From the NCBI GenBank assembly GCA_000002435.2, contig CM018790.1: a DNA stretch of 64,000 nt, one strand, 5' to 3'. The position numbers were made by a program, and so were the translations under genes. The notes under the pieces were generated by a model. That model was given only the letters and a program-made list of their open reading frames with translations. It made no database searches and was not told the origin of the DNA. Source of the stretch: Giardia intestinalis. Taxonomy: Eukaryota. Shown one piece after another: positions 21,421 to 30,243 of the stretch. How positions within the stretch are numbered: position 1 is the stretch's first letter; every line of letters begins with the position of its first letter.

Positions 21421-21427
21421 AGTAAAC
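21421..21427 (+). promoter_or_regulatory. polyadenylation signal AGTAAAC, 18 nt after the RuvBL1 stop
   Basis: Exact match to the Giardia AGTRAAY consensus. Confidence 0.6.
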
Positions 21428-21488
21428 GATTGTTCTATGGCATGGCTCTCTCTCAACAGCTGTTCTGGGCGTCCAGGGGTGGTTGGTC

Positions 21489-21498
21489 GGTTTAAAAA
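21489..21498 (+). promoter_or_regulatory. AT-rich initiator-like promoter element (GTTTAAAAAATG) abutting the proteasome beta start
   Basis: Giardia promoters are 50-70 bp AT-rich elements with an initiator at or near the ATG. The same pattern recurs at 48431-48440, 19423-19432 (-), 17721-17731 (-), 1267-1284, 52101-52110 and 63197-63211. Confidence 0.45.
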
Positions 21499-22164
21499 AT
21501 GTTGGTCAAGACAGTCCCATACACCCCTGTCAATCCCACCCTGACGCACTCTATGCCTCCCCTGAGCCTGGGGACAACAATCATTGTAATGAAATACTCC
21601 AATGGGGTTCTTCTCTCTGCCGACACACGGGCGACCATGGGGAACTTAGTAGTGGATCGCTTTATCCCCAAGGTTTTGCCCATCACTGATAAGATTTACA
21701 CATGCATTGCCGGAAGCGTGTCTCATGCACAGTTTTTGGTGAACGAAGTCAGAGCCCACTTGATGACCCAGCAAATGGATCTCCATGCCAATCTGAATGG
21801 CATGGACCCAATGGTTGCTACAGCAGCAAACATCATAAGCATATATTTGCACAAGTATCGCGAGTTCCTTCATGCAGCCTTCATTCTAGGGGGCGTGGAC
21901 AACACTGGGTTCCACTGCATCAACTCTATGATAGGTGGCTCTGTGCTAGAGGAAGACTACGCTATTTCTGGCTCTGGAGGCGTCTTTATCAAGGGGCTAA
22001 TGAAGGAACTGTACAGACCAGAGCTTACTCGCACAGAGGCTATCAATCTCGCCCATAAGCTTCTGAAGACAGCCATTTCTTTAGACACAAAATCGGGAGG
22101 ATTCATGCGTTTTGTGGCTGTTGAGCAAGATGGACTGGCTGAGGAGGGAACACGCATGCTGTGA
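21499..22164 (+). CDS. proteasome beta-type subunit, catalytic class (Ntn-hydrolase, Thr1 after propeptide)
   Basis: A propeptide followed by G|TTIIVMKYSNGVLLSADTRATMG, the mature N-terminal Thr. Conserved Asp17 and Lys33 context; 221 aa. Confidence 0.85.
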   Translation: MLVKTVPYTPVNPTLTHSMPPLSLGTTIIVMKYSNGVLLSADTRATMGNLVVDRFIPKVLPITDKIYTCIAGSVSHAQFLVNEVRAHLMTQQMDLHANLNGMDPMVATAANIISIYLHKYREFLHAAFILGGVDNTGFHCINSMIGGSVLEEDYAISGSGGVFIKGLMKELYRPELTRTEAINLAHKLLKTAISLDTKSGGFMRFVAVEQDGLAEEGTRML

Positions 22165-22165
22165 T

Positions 22166-23134
22166 TTACTCCGAGTATTGCTTCTGAGTAAACGTTTTGT
22201 ACGATGCTGTTGCTGCGCTGATCAGAAACGCGATTGCAGCAGTTGGGTCTGCCTCAGTGGTGGATGGCTTGTGGAGGATGTGCTCAAGAAGCGCCAAGGA
22301 GGAATGGTAGCTGCGATAGGAGACAGCCAGTGGAGTCTCCAGGTACTCCTCATAGCATTCAATTGCTGCAGAGACAGCACCACCCTGTGCATAGCGGTCT
22401 ATGTCTGCATATATAGCTGATAGTGATGAGTTCATCACTCCTGCGCATCGAATGGCATAATTGACCAGAGTCTTGTTGTCCGCAACAGAATCACGCAGAG
22501 CACACAGAGTATTAGCTATTTGATGTGCTGCCTGCAAGTAACAGATGTAAAATGCGTTGTACAGTGCTGCTCGGCTTAGAGGTGAATCGGCAGAGAGGGC
22601 AGGGTCAAACTTCCATTGGCAATCCAAATAGACCGCTGGAAAGACATCAGAGAAGTCTTCATTAAGGTGATTCAGAAGTCTGGAGCAATCCGTAGATGCA
22701 TCCGGCTCTTCAGCAAATGGAAAGTACTTCATGCTAAGAAAGCGCTCAGGATTGGAAAGATGTAGAGATATAGATGATGGAGGAGAATCGACAGTTACGG
22801 GTGGAGGACCGTAATTATCTGGATAAAGTAACTGCGGAACAACCTCTAGATTTGGTCCAAAGTGGAGCAGAGCAGATATGACGAGCTCTGGTTGAGTTTT
22901 CGAACTAAACCGCTTTCGGAGAGCAATGCCTAGTCTGCGGATATTAGTATCGCTTTCAATATATGGAGCTATCACTAGATCTGCTCCATGTTCTCTGTAG
23001 CATTTCATGTACTGTTCTCGTATGATCTGCCCCTGCTCTGCGGTAAGGCGATACCATCCCAGGTCTAAGAAACACGCCGGTAGATCCTCCAGAGAATCGA
23101 CAGAGAGAGAAATGGATGGGGGCTCTGGTACCAT
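22166..23134 (-). CDS. hypothetical protein (322 aa)
   Basis: ATG at 23134. No confident domain. Confidence 0.5.
   Translation of the reverse strand: MVPEPPSISLSVDSLEDLPACFLDLGWYRLTAEQGQIIREQYMKCYREHGADLVIAPYIESDTNIRRLGIALRKRFSSKTQPELVISALLHFGPNLEVVPQLLYPDNYGPPPVTVDSPPSSISLHLSNPERFLSMKYFPFAEEPDASTDCSRLLNHLNEDFSDVFPAVYLDCQWKFDPALSADSPLSRAALYNAFYICYLQAAHQIANTLCALRDSVADNKTLVNYAIRCAGVMNSSLSAIYADIDRYAQGGAVSAAIECYEEYLETPLAVSYRSYHSSLALLEHILHKPSTTEADPTAAIAFLISAATASYKTFTQKQYSE
22187..22193 (+). promoter_or_regulatory. polyadenylation signal AGTAAAC for the proteasome beta gene, lying inside the 3' end of the convergent minus-strand ORF
   Basis: GAGTAAAC is 23 nt after the TGA. The convergent gene's stop is at 22166, 1 nt beyond the beta-subunit stop, so the two 3' UTRs must overlap. 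Confidence 0.5.
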
Positions 23135-23461
23135 TTACACGGGGTGGCTAGCGGTTTTGAGCTTCTTCGTTTATTTGTAGTTCTGACGTGCATGGGTCAT
23201 CGGAATACCTCTTTAGAAAAGCTATGGTGGCTCATTGCGCTCTTTCTGCATCACCCATTCGCTACCAACAAGAGGTTCCAGAAGTATACTTTGATCTTTA
23301 TCAATCCAGGAAGCGCTTCTCTTCGCCAGATTAAAGATGCCTTTCAGATAATCGTCTGGATGCGTCGCTAATCACACACGCTAGTCAATAGTTGACTTCT
23401 TTAGAGCTCAACGGGGTGGAGCATTAAATTTCCAAAATCGGATTCGTTCGGTTGTCACAAT

Positions 23462-26400
23462 ATGTCAAACGACTCCACATTTCCCGCGTTGGGAATGGAA
23501 CTTGTAAAGCTTGATATGCGGAGCTTTAAAGCCATATCGCTTGAGGTCATACAGACAGCTTATGTGGACATCTCCTTAACCCTCCAGCTCTTCGAGAAGC
23601 ACATTTCCAGTAGTGCAATTGCCTCTACACCTAAGTTTTACTGGCCACTAATACGCTATGGACGGACTCAGCTTTGCGGAGATGACCTTTTACTTGAGAC
23701 TTGCCCTCATGATGGCGTACAATTGGACAAGGCCCTCAAGCCATTCATGAAAGAGCCCCTAGCTGTTCGCGAACAGCTGCTTTATGATGTTACACACGGT
23801 ATCTACTATGCTTTGGACCTCCTTTACGGGCGTGTTCAACCAGGGGAGCTTTGCATTCGCTCTCATCTGCGCCTCAGCATGGCAACAGTTTACCTTTCCA
23901 GTGACAGGAGGGTCTACCTGGGGAACTATTCATTACCTTGCATCAGGAGTGAGAATGTGTTGACAGCCTCGAAGAACGAGGCTTTTCAGCTCGACAGAAC
24001 CATGCTGCTGGTTATGCTACGGTATGCAGTTGGCTTGCTTTCTCTCTCACCTCTTCCAAAGGACTCCAAAGTAAAGGAGATCCTCGATTTGACTCAGAAC
24101 AGTGCATCTTATCCATTTGAAGCTATTCTTGCCACCATAGGCATACACCCTATCTCTTTTGCAGATCTCTCTCACAAAACAGATACAGTTGCCAGCAGTC
24201 AGAGTCAGGTACCTAACACCAAGTCATTGCCACCGTCTGTACCGATACCAGCACCTAAGCTAGTATCTGGTAGCACATATGTGTCTTCACAGGCTCAGGT
24301 AGCTCGTGATGGCAGTCATAGCTTTAATGGAGCAATAGATACCCTCAACTACCTTAGCACGTCTCAGTTGCGGCTCATGCACCTGTCGAGATCTGTTAAC
24401 ACTTCCCAGATAGAGCATGAGGACCCAGCAGCTGAACTGGAAAGGACGTCTAACGGTTTCTATAGTTCTGTGTGCGAAGAAAGCCTTCTGGTCGCGCAAG
24501 TATATGATCGAGCGCTCATCCCATTTGAAACGTTTCTAGATATTAAGAACTACTACAGTGGGGAAACAAGAAGAGTCTTTGTTTCCGTCGAGAAGGTGTG
24601 TCCTACTCGTCTATACGTGGCTGACATCTATCGTTTTATCAAGGACAATAGCATCAAGATGCTCATGCAGAGCCGTCGCGTTCTTACTTTGTTGACACAC
24701 GAAGATCTATATATGCAGCTCCACAGTAGAGGTACATCCGAGCTGTTGCATTTTCTGACAGAAAAGGATAACATGGTGCTTATCTTGCAAGCAGCATTGA
24801 GTGGAATCTTTATTGAACGACAAGTACCGGTTCTTCCTACAATCAGATACACCCTTATAAATAGTCTTCCCAGTTTTATCGGTCTCTTTTTCAATATCCC
24901 CGCAGTTGCTGCATCGTTCTTGGAAGATCAGCAGCTCATTTCAATCTTTTTCAATAGTCTAAATAATTTTGTCAATCAATCTTTAGTTCGTAATTTGTCA
25001 AAAAGCGATTCAGCAGATTCTGATGTGCGGATGTGCTGCTTGGCCAATCTGCGGTTAATCTTCACCATCCTTTATCAAAACTATGAGTCCCAATTATTCA
25101 TGATATTCTCTTCCAATCAGTTCAACTGGAACGCTCTTCTGCTTCAGATGGCTATGTGCCCCATGTTTTCTAAGGAGATCGTCCCCATCATGAAGTCCAA
25201 CCGTCTTCGTAGGGAGCTCGTGAACAGCATGATCCAAGAGCTGCATCAGATCACTCCTACTGCATCCTTTTCTTATTGCTCGAAGTTTTGCATATGCGAG
25301 CATCTGCGTGCCTTTTCACAAATCAATAGTACGCTCTTTTACTTCTTCTCTGAGCAAATAACTGGTTTATATAACCTGGTAGTCGCCCTACTGTCCTGCA
25401 GAAACGATAACATACAGATTTCTGGGGAGCTTATCAATATCGTGGCAACATATCTAGCTAGACTGTTGTATCTTGATGTTCACAGTCTGATTCAGAAGAA
25501 GGGCCGAGATCCACATCGGTTGAAAACAATACGCCCAACAGTAACACGGATGAGCACCATAGTCAAAGCCATTGCAAGCACTCTTGGGAAGACTACAACC
25601 TTCTCTGCGCAGGATACAAGCCGAGTATACTATGGGCTTTTATTTATTTGTCGCATTTATTGTGCTGTTGGATATATGTTTAAATACATTACTGAGATCT
25701 GTCTGCCAAACCACGATATTGATGCAATCCCCAATCCATTTGCGTGGAACTTTTTTGACGTTCCTGGTAGCGCACACGTTGTAGGATCTTCCTACCTTGG
25801 ATTGGGTGACATTACAGAGTGGGTAGCATACCTAGGCGACGAGGGTTATCAGAGCACGTTGAAAGACATCTTCACGTTGATTAGAGGCCTTCTTACACCC
25901 GAGTTGTCATCGCTTGTCCGCAAGGTTGGCTCTTCTGATGCATTTATCAACATCAATACCATTCAGTGTCTTCTGGCACGGATTAGGCACTCAATCATTG
26001 AGCTGGAGGTCTTGCTCTCCTCTATGGCATCCCCCATGCCTGTCTTGAAAGACATTGGATTCACAGGTAGATTAATGCACTATGTTGAGAGCCACAGAGA
26101 AGGGAAAGACTATCACGAGCCTATTGAGAGACCAGCAGAATTGGTTCTTATCATCTCCACACTTCATGTCGTCGTTAACTTTGCGGTTAAGGCTACGCTT
26201 ACAGATGTTTATATTAGTCGTTGTGCTCTGATGCAGTACGATGTGACCAAAAGTCCTCTGAGCTTCAGCTCACTCTCAATCTCTTATATAGGTCAAGGAG
26301 ATACAGAGGACATAACCAGGTCAACGCAGTATACAGATAGTGAAAACTTCACACCAGAGGTAGCTGATGTCAAGAAGCGATCACCAACAAGTCTTCTCAA

Positions 26401-26554
26401 GTACTGTCGGTTGTTGATGGACAGGAGTGAGATCATAGAGCCGCTTTGCACAGCCCTTGGCTTAGACTTTTCCATTGTTCAGGAGGCTATCACTGCGTTT
26501 GATCTCATTCATGTCTTTAACTCTTACAGTCCCTCGTCGTCTATACAATTATGA
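23462..26554 (+). CDS. large hypothetical protein (1030 aa)
   Basis: Uninterrupted ORF from ATG at 23462. No recognisable motif. Confidence 0.6.
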   Translation: MSNDSTFPALGMELVKLDMRSFKAISLEVIQTAYVDISLTLQLFEKHISSSAIASTPKFYWPLIRYGRTQLCGDDLLLETCPHDGVQLDKALKPFMKEPLAVREQLLYDVTHGIYYALDLLYGRVQPGELCIRSHLRLSMATVYLSSDRRVYLGNYSLPCIRSENVLTASKNEAFQLDRTMLLVMLRYAVGLLSLSPLPKDSKVKEILDLTQNSASYPFEAILATIGIHPISFADLSHKTDTVASSQSQVPNTKSLPPSVPIPAPKLVSGSTYVSSQAQVARDGSHSFNGAIDTLNYLSTSQLRLMHLSRSVNTSQIEHEDPAAELERTSNGFYSSVCEESLLVAQVYDRALIPFETFLDIKNYYSGETRRVFVSVEKVCPTRLYVADIYRFIKDNSIKMLMQSRRVLTLLTHEDLYMQLHSRGTSELLHFLTEKDNMVLILQAALSGIFIERQVPVLPTIRYTLINSLPSFIGLFFNIPAVAASFLEDQQLISIFFNSLNNFVNQSLVRNLSKSDSADSDVRMCCLANLRLIFTILYQNYESQLFMIFSSNQFNWNALLLQMAMCPMFSKEIVPIMKSNRLRRELVNSMIQELHQITPTASFSYCSKFCICEHLRAFSQINSTLFYFFSEQITGLYNLVVALLSCRNDNIQISGELINIVATYLARLLYLDVHSLIQKKGRDPHRLKTIRPTVTRMSTIVKAIASTLGKTTTFSAQDTSRVYYGLLFICRIYCAVGYMFKYITEICLPNHDIDAIPNPFAWNFFDVPGSAHVVGSSYLGLGDITEWVAYLGDEGYQSTLKDIFTLIRGLLTPELSSLVRKVGSSDAFININTIQCLLARIRHSIIELEVLLSSMASPMPVLKDIGFTGRLMHYVESHREGKDYHEPIERPAELVLIISTLHVVVNFAVKATLTDVYISRCALMQYDVTKSPLSFSSLSISYIGQGDTEDITRSTQYTDSENFTPEVADVKKRSPTSLLKYCRLLMDRSEIIEPLCTALGLDFSIVQEAITAFDLIHVFNSYSPSSSIQL

Positions 26555-26672
26555 GACACAATCTTGAACAACCATGGCTGTGTTTGATTTTCTTTACTGA
26601 ATTGCTTACTGAATTTACTGAGTATTCTGTAAAACCAGCATAGGTTCTGTTTGTTATGGAAGTCAGCGGATG

Positions 26673-28634
26673 TCAAGATAGGAATAAGGCCTGAATATTC
26701 TTATTGGGAGAGTTCAGTGCATAAAATTCGGGCAGCTTCCCCAAGGCATCCGGGATGTCCTTTTCGTAGGGGAGAAGGATCTGTGCACACGCATGGTATC
26801 CATTTTGAATACTCAGGATGAGTGCTGTCTTCCCCATATCGTTCTTCTGCTTGGATTGAGTCGAGCAGAGGCAACGCACAAGCAAGGAGTATCCACTTGC
26901 TGCCGCATGCATCAGCATCGTGTTCCCGCGAGAGTCTCTTAGTATCGGGTCGTCACCCACGAGCATGAGCTCATGCACCTTGTGCAATTGCTGCTCTATC
27001 TTTCTGAGCATCATGCTTTCCGAGCTCTTCTTATTATTTAGTGCATCAGTGGGTATGCAATCCGAAATTAAAGAATCTTCTAAACACTCTACATTTATAT
27101 CCTCCACCTTTGGAGTCACCGAGCTTTTGCTTAGCATACCAACAGACTGAACTGGTGTTTGTAAACCTTCCTGAGCATCTGGCTTCTTTGCGAGTTGCTC
27201 TTTGAGGTGTACAAGCTCTGCTTTAAGGTTTGCAATCTCCATAGTATACTGCCCGCATGTAGTCAAAAGGTCTGCATAGCTGGGTTGATCCGGTGCAACC
27301 GCATCCACTTGACCGTAGGTGACTGCTACGTAATTTTTAAGCTGTTCTAGTTCATAGACATGGCGTTGTGATGTCAGTTTAGCTGTCTTAAGCTGCTCCT
27401 TCAGGACAAATATCTCATTGGATTTGTTAACAAGTTCCATGCTTGTTGTTTTTTGCGCTTCACTGAGCTTGAGGATGTCCTCCTGGAGCTTCTTGATAGT
27501 AGCGCTCTGCTGAAGTTGTGCTGGGCTTACTGGGCCCGACTTGGCCACTACGGAAGCCGTCGCAGAGATTGCGCGAATTGCATCACGCGCAAGCAAGGGA
27601 GTAACAGGCTTCTCGGCCGTCTTTGTTGTGTTAGAAGAAAGGGCTCTGAGGCCATACGTATTTATCTGCGCCATATTTTGAACATTCAGCGGGATGTTCG
27701 ATGGAGCTGGTGGAGGACTTGTCGGATGAGTGGCTTGCTGATTATACACATAAGTTATATATTCGAGCACCATGGCCGCTGTAGGCCGTGCCACGGGATC
27801 TACTGTTAGCATAAGATCAATTACAGATGTAAGCTTCTCCGAGTAGCACTTTGGCAGGGGCCTGCGAGATTCTGTGGAGATGCGTTTCTGAAGATCGTCG
27901 ATAGTTGGAGACGGATAAGGAAGCCTGAAGGAGCATATTTCATACAGGGTGATGCCGAGAGACCATATATCTGCCTTGGCAGTGTACCCCTTACCTTCTA
28001 AAAGCTCGGGGGCCATGTAAAGAGGTGTCCCTGCTCTGGTTGCTGTCATGTCGGTTGTACTCGATAGGACCCTACAGAACCCGAAATCTGCTAGCTTTAT
28101 TGCACCAGAGTGGTTAACCAGGAGGTTTGCCGGCTTAATATCTCTATGTAGTACCACTTTCGGCTGCAGATTGGAAGAATCAATATCCTTCGACCCTGTG
28201 CTGGGACCTTTTGAGGTTGCGGGATTGAACTTGAACGGGGAGTGGCAGTATACTAAGGCATCCAGGACTTGTTTACCAATGTCAAGGACATACGCCTCTG
28301 AGAGGTAATTCCCCGCCCGCTTTGCATTCATCATTATACTAGAGAGGTCACCATTAGTGCAGAACTCCATGATTACGTAAAGTACTTCCGATGCTTTGTC
28401 ATGGATAATCTCGTGATGCCGAATGATGTGAGGGTGAACCAAGGTTGTCACAATGTTGACTTCCTGCTCAAGGATACCCCGTTCCTTGGCCCCCATGTTT
28501 GTGTAACATATTTCTTTGCATGCATATATCTCGCTTGTGCTGACGTGTTGAACTCGATAAACCTTCCCATAACTGCCGGATCCGCAAAGCCCAATGACCC
28601 TGTATGTGTTGTTAATCAGATTCTTGTCGTACAT
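26673..28634 (-). CDS. NEK-family Ser/Thr protein kinase with central coiled coil and C-terminal ankyrin repeats
   Basis: GSGSYGKVY…ACK (VAIK), HRDIKPANLL, DFG, GTPLYMAPE are all intact. Coiled coil (…LKAELVHLKEQL…). Ankyrin repeats (GNTMLMHAAASGY…GKTALILSIQNGY). The ORF-track start at 28739 is a TTG. The first ATG is at 28634 (MYDKNLINNTYRVIG), which I use as the start. Confidence 0.85.
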   Translation of the reverse strand: MYDKNLINNTYRVIGLCGSGSYGKVYRVQHVSTSEIYACKEICYTNMGAKERGILEQEVNIVTTLVHPHIIRHHEIIHDKASEVLYVIMEFCTNGDLSSIMMNAKRAGNYLSEAYVLDIGKQVLDALVYCHSPFKFNPATSKGPSTGSKDIDSSNLQPKVVLHRDIKPANLLVNHSGAIKLADFGFCRVLSSTTDMTATRAGTPLYMAPELLEGKGYTAKADIWSLGITLYEICSFRLPYPSPTIDDLQKRISTESRRPLPKCYSEKLTSVIDLMLTVDPVARPTAAMVLEYITYVYNQQATHPTSPPPAPSNIPLNVQNMAQINTYGLRALSSNTTKTAEKPVTPLLARDAIRAISATASVVAKSGPVSPAQLQQSATIKKLQEDILKLSEAQKTTSMELVNKSNEIFVLKEQLKTAKLTSQRHVYELEQLKNYVAVTYGQVDAVAPDQPSYADLLTTCGQYTMEIANLKAELVHLKEQLAKKPDAQEGLQTPVQSVGMLSKSSVTPKVEDINVECLEDSLISDCIPTDALNNKKSSESMMLRKIEQQLHKVHELMLVGDDPILRDSRGNTMLMHAAASGYSLLVRCLCSTQSKQKNDMGKTALILSIQNGYHACAQILLPYEKDIPDALGKLPEFYALNSPNKNIQALFLS

Positions 28635-29820
28635 TGAGCCTGGGACACAAAGATGGAAAGCTGCCGCTACCCTACGGGTCAAGAATGACCAGCCTAATTT
28701 TACTTTTGGGCACCAGGCTAACACACTGCGCGAGCTCAAGTTTTCTATTCCCTCTAGCAGCGTCTACGTGGCAAATGACGCAACGGCCTACTCAGTGACA
28801 AGAGATTTGGTCGACTCTTATTCAACCATGGTCGATATTGAAACGGCCATTAAATCAAGATACAGGCTGCGTCTAGAACGCATTTTGGCCAAGTGCAAAA
28901 AGATCTGTATAAATCCTGACGATTATGAATTCCAGATCGCCATTGTGAACGGCCAGGCCATCTATACCCTAATTGAGCGACGGAAACAAATTGTCAAGAC
29001 AACGGTCCGTGATCAAGTATTTAAGACCCCAGAAAGAAAGCAGTATGCCAAAAAGCCAACTACAAGGTTAAAGCATCCACTATTGCAAACATCACCTGTT
29101 GAGGTCAACCCGCCTGATTACGCTTTGTCAGTTAACGCTCTGGACCCACGCGATTTGCAATGTGACTTGCCACGTGAACCTAGTGCATCTGGATCTCGGA
29201 GGCGCTCCAGCACCGTTACTTACCGAATGCATCTGGCCGAAGCATCCGAGAGCGAGTTGATGTATGAGGCAGCTCCTTGCCCTAGATGCAATAGTCCAGC
29301 ATTCAGGCTTTCGCCTGCAGATTCACCACTTGGTGCGCCTACTAGTAACGAGGGCGACGACATAGTTCGGCATCTCGATGCTCTCGACGTCACCCTTCCT
29401 TCATTATGGTTTACAACAGTACACAGTTCTAAATTGCCCCGTACCAGCTTTTCACTCTCTGCAGCTGAATGTGAAGATATCAATGAAGAAGTAGAAGGCC
29501 TGCTAAGCGACCAGTGTAGTGCCTCACAGTCCCCTACTATGTTTTCCCAACCCAGAAAGCCCAGTAATCTGAATAACCCTATCAAACGGCCAGCAGATCC
29601 ATCTGCAATCACAATTTACAAGGATCGTCAGCATCAGTTCCACGTCTACGGTAATGACAGGTCCTCCTCGTGCCATCCACGAAGAGTTACGGCCTCTTTG
29701 AGTAAGGTCTTCCCGCAAGCCATCTTCCCACCGCCGGGTCCTTACAGTCCGCCAGTGCAAACATCACTGAAAAAGAAAGTTGAAGGATCTGGGCTGAGAG
29801 TGCTACCTATGCGTTCCTGA
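28594..29820 (+). CDS. hypothetical Ser/Pro-rich protein; 5' end uncertain (ATG at 28594 overlaps the kinase start, alternative ATG at 28828)
   Basis: Long ORF with a low-complexity S/P/R-rich C-terminal half. Confidence 0.4.
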   Translation: MTLYVLLIRFLSYIEPGTQRWKAAATLRVKNDQPNFTFGHQANTLRELKFSIPSSSVYVANDATAYSVTRDLVDSYSTMVDIETAIKSRYRLRLERILAKCKKICINPDDYEFQIAIVNGQAIYTLIERRKQIVKTTVRDQVFKTPERKQYAKKPTTRLKHPLLQTSPVEVNPPDYALSVNALDPRDLQCDLPREPSASGSRRRSSTVTYRMHLAEASESELMYEAAPCPRCNSPAFRLSPADSPLGAPTSNEGDDIVRHLDALDVTLPSLWFTTVHSSKLPRTSFSLSAAECEDINEEVEGLLSDQCSASQSPTMFSQPRKPSNLNNPIKRPADPSAITIYKDRQHQFHVYGNDRSSSCHPRRVTASLSKVFPQAIFPPPGPYSPPVQTSLKKKVEGSGLRVLPMRS

Positions 29821-29845
29821 ATTCAGCAGAGGTCCACCTAGCGCA

Positions 29846-30211
29846 TCAGGTTCTTAGTGCTTTTCTTGATCTTGTTAACTCTGCACTTAATATTGGTGCC
29901 ATAACGCGTGTCATTTGACTGATCGAACCAGAGACGTGAACAATTCTGAGATTCTTGGCACCTCGAACAACCATTTGTGGAATAACAGCTCTAATACAGT
30001 CTCGAGTAAGGGATGTAGGACATCGAATGGTAGAAAAATTAAAGGCAGACAAGTGCATCCAAACAGACGCCATATAGGGCAGAAGCGCAGTAAGCCGAAT
30101 GTCTCCGCTGTTTAGTATTGCGGTGCGCAGGGCGTCGCCTATGTCTTCCTGAGTGATGCTATAATCGGCATCCCATCTGAGCCCGATGTAGCGGTGTTTG
30201 AACCGGACCAT
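29846..30211 (-). CDS. POP5: RNase P/MRP protein subunit POP5
   Basis: The internal ATG at 30211 gives the N-terminus MVRFKHRYIGLRWD…, matching the conserved POP5/Rpp14 start MVRFKHRYL and the family size of about 120 aa. The ORF-track ATG at 30292 would run 49 bp into the divergent V-ATPase CDS. Confidence 0.6.
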   Translation of the reverse strand: MVRFKHRYIGLRWDADYSITQEDIGDALRTAILNSGDIRLTALLPYMASVWMHLSAFNFSTIRCPTSLTRDCIRAVIPQMVVRGAKNLRIVHVSGSISQMTRVMAPILSAELTRSRKALRT

Positions 30212-30243
30212 GCAAGATTCAGAAGTAAAAAAATTCGCCCCAG

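Noticed and set aside
22166-23134. Weak resemblance of …SRAALYNAFYICYLQAAHQI… to the Bro1-domain hydrophobic patch.
   Set aside because: It is a single short motif at the wrong relative position; not enough to assign a Bro1 domain.
23144-23371. A 75-aa ORF in the divergent promoter region (also 194-397, 67 aa, antisense to the ABC TMD gene).
   Set aside because: Short, no homology, and placed in promoter or antisense positions. Most likely spurious.
28711-28740. GCTAACACACTG, a near-match to the Giardia cis-intron branch/3' motif CT[AG]AC[AC]CACAG.
   Set aside because: It ends in CTG, not the obligatory AG, and no upstream GTATGT 5' splice site in a sensible frame context was found. I did not find other intron motifs; the genes read as single exons.
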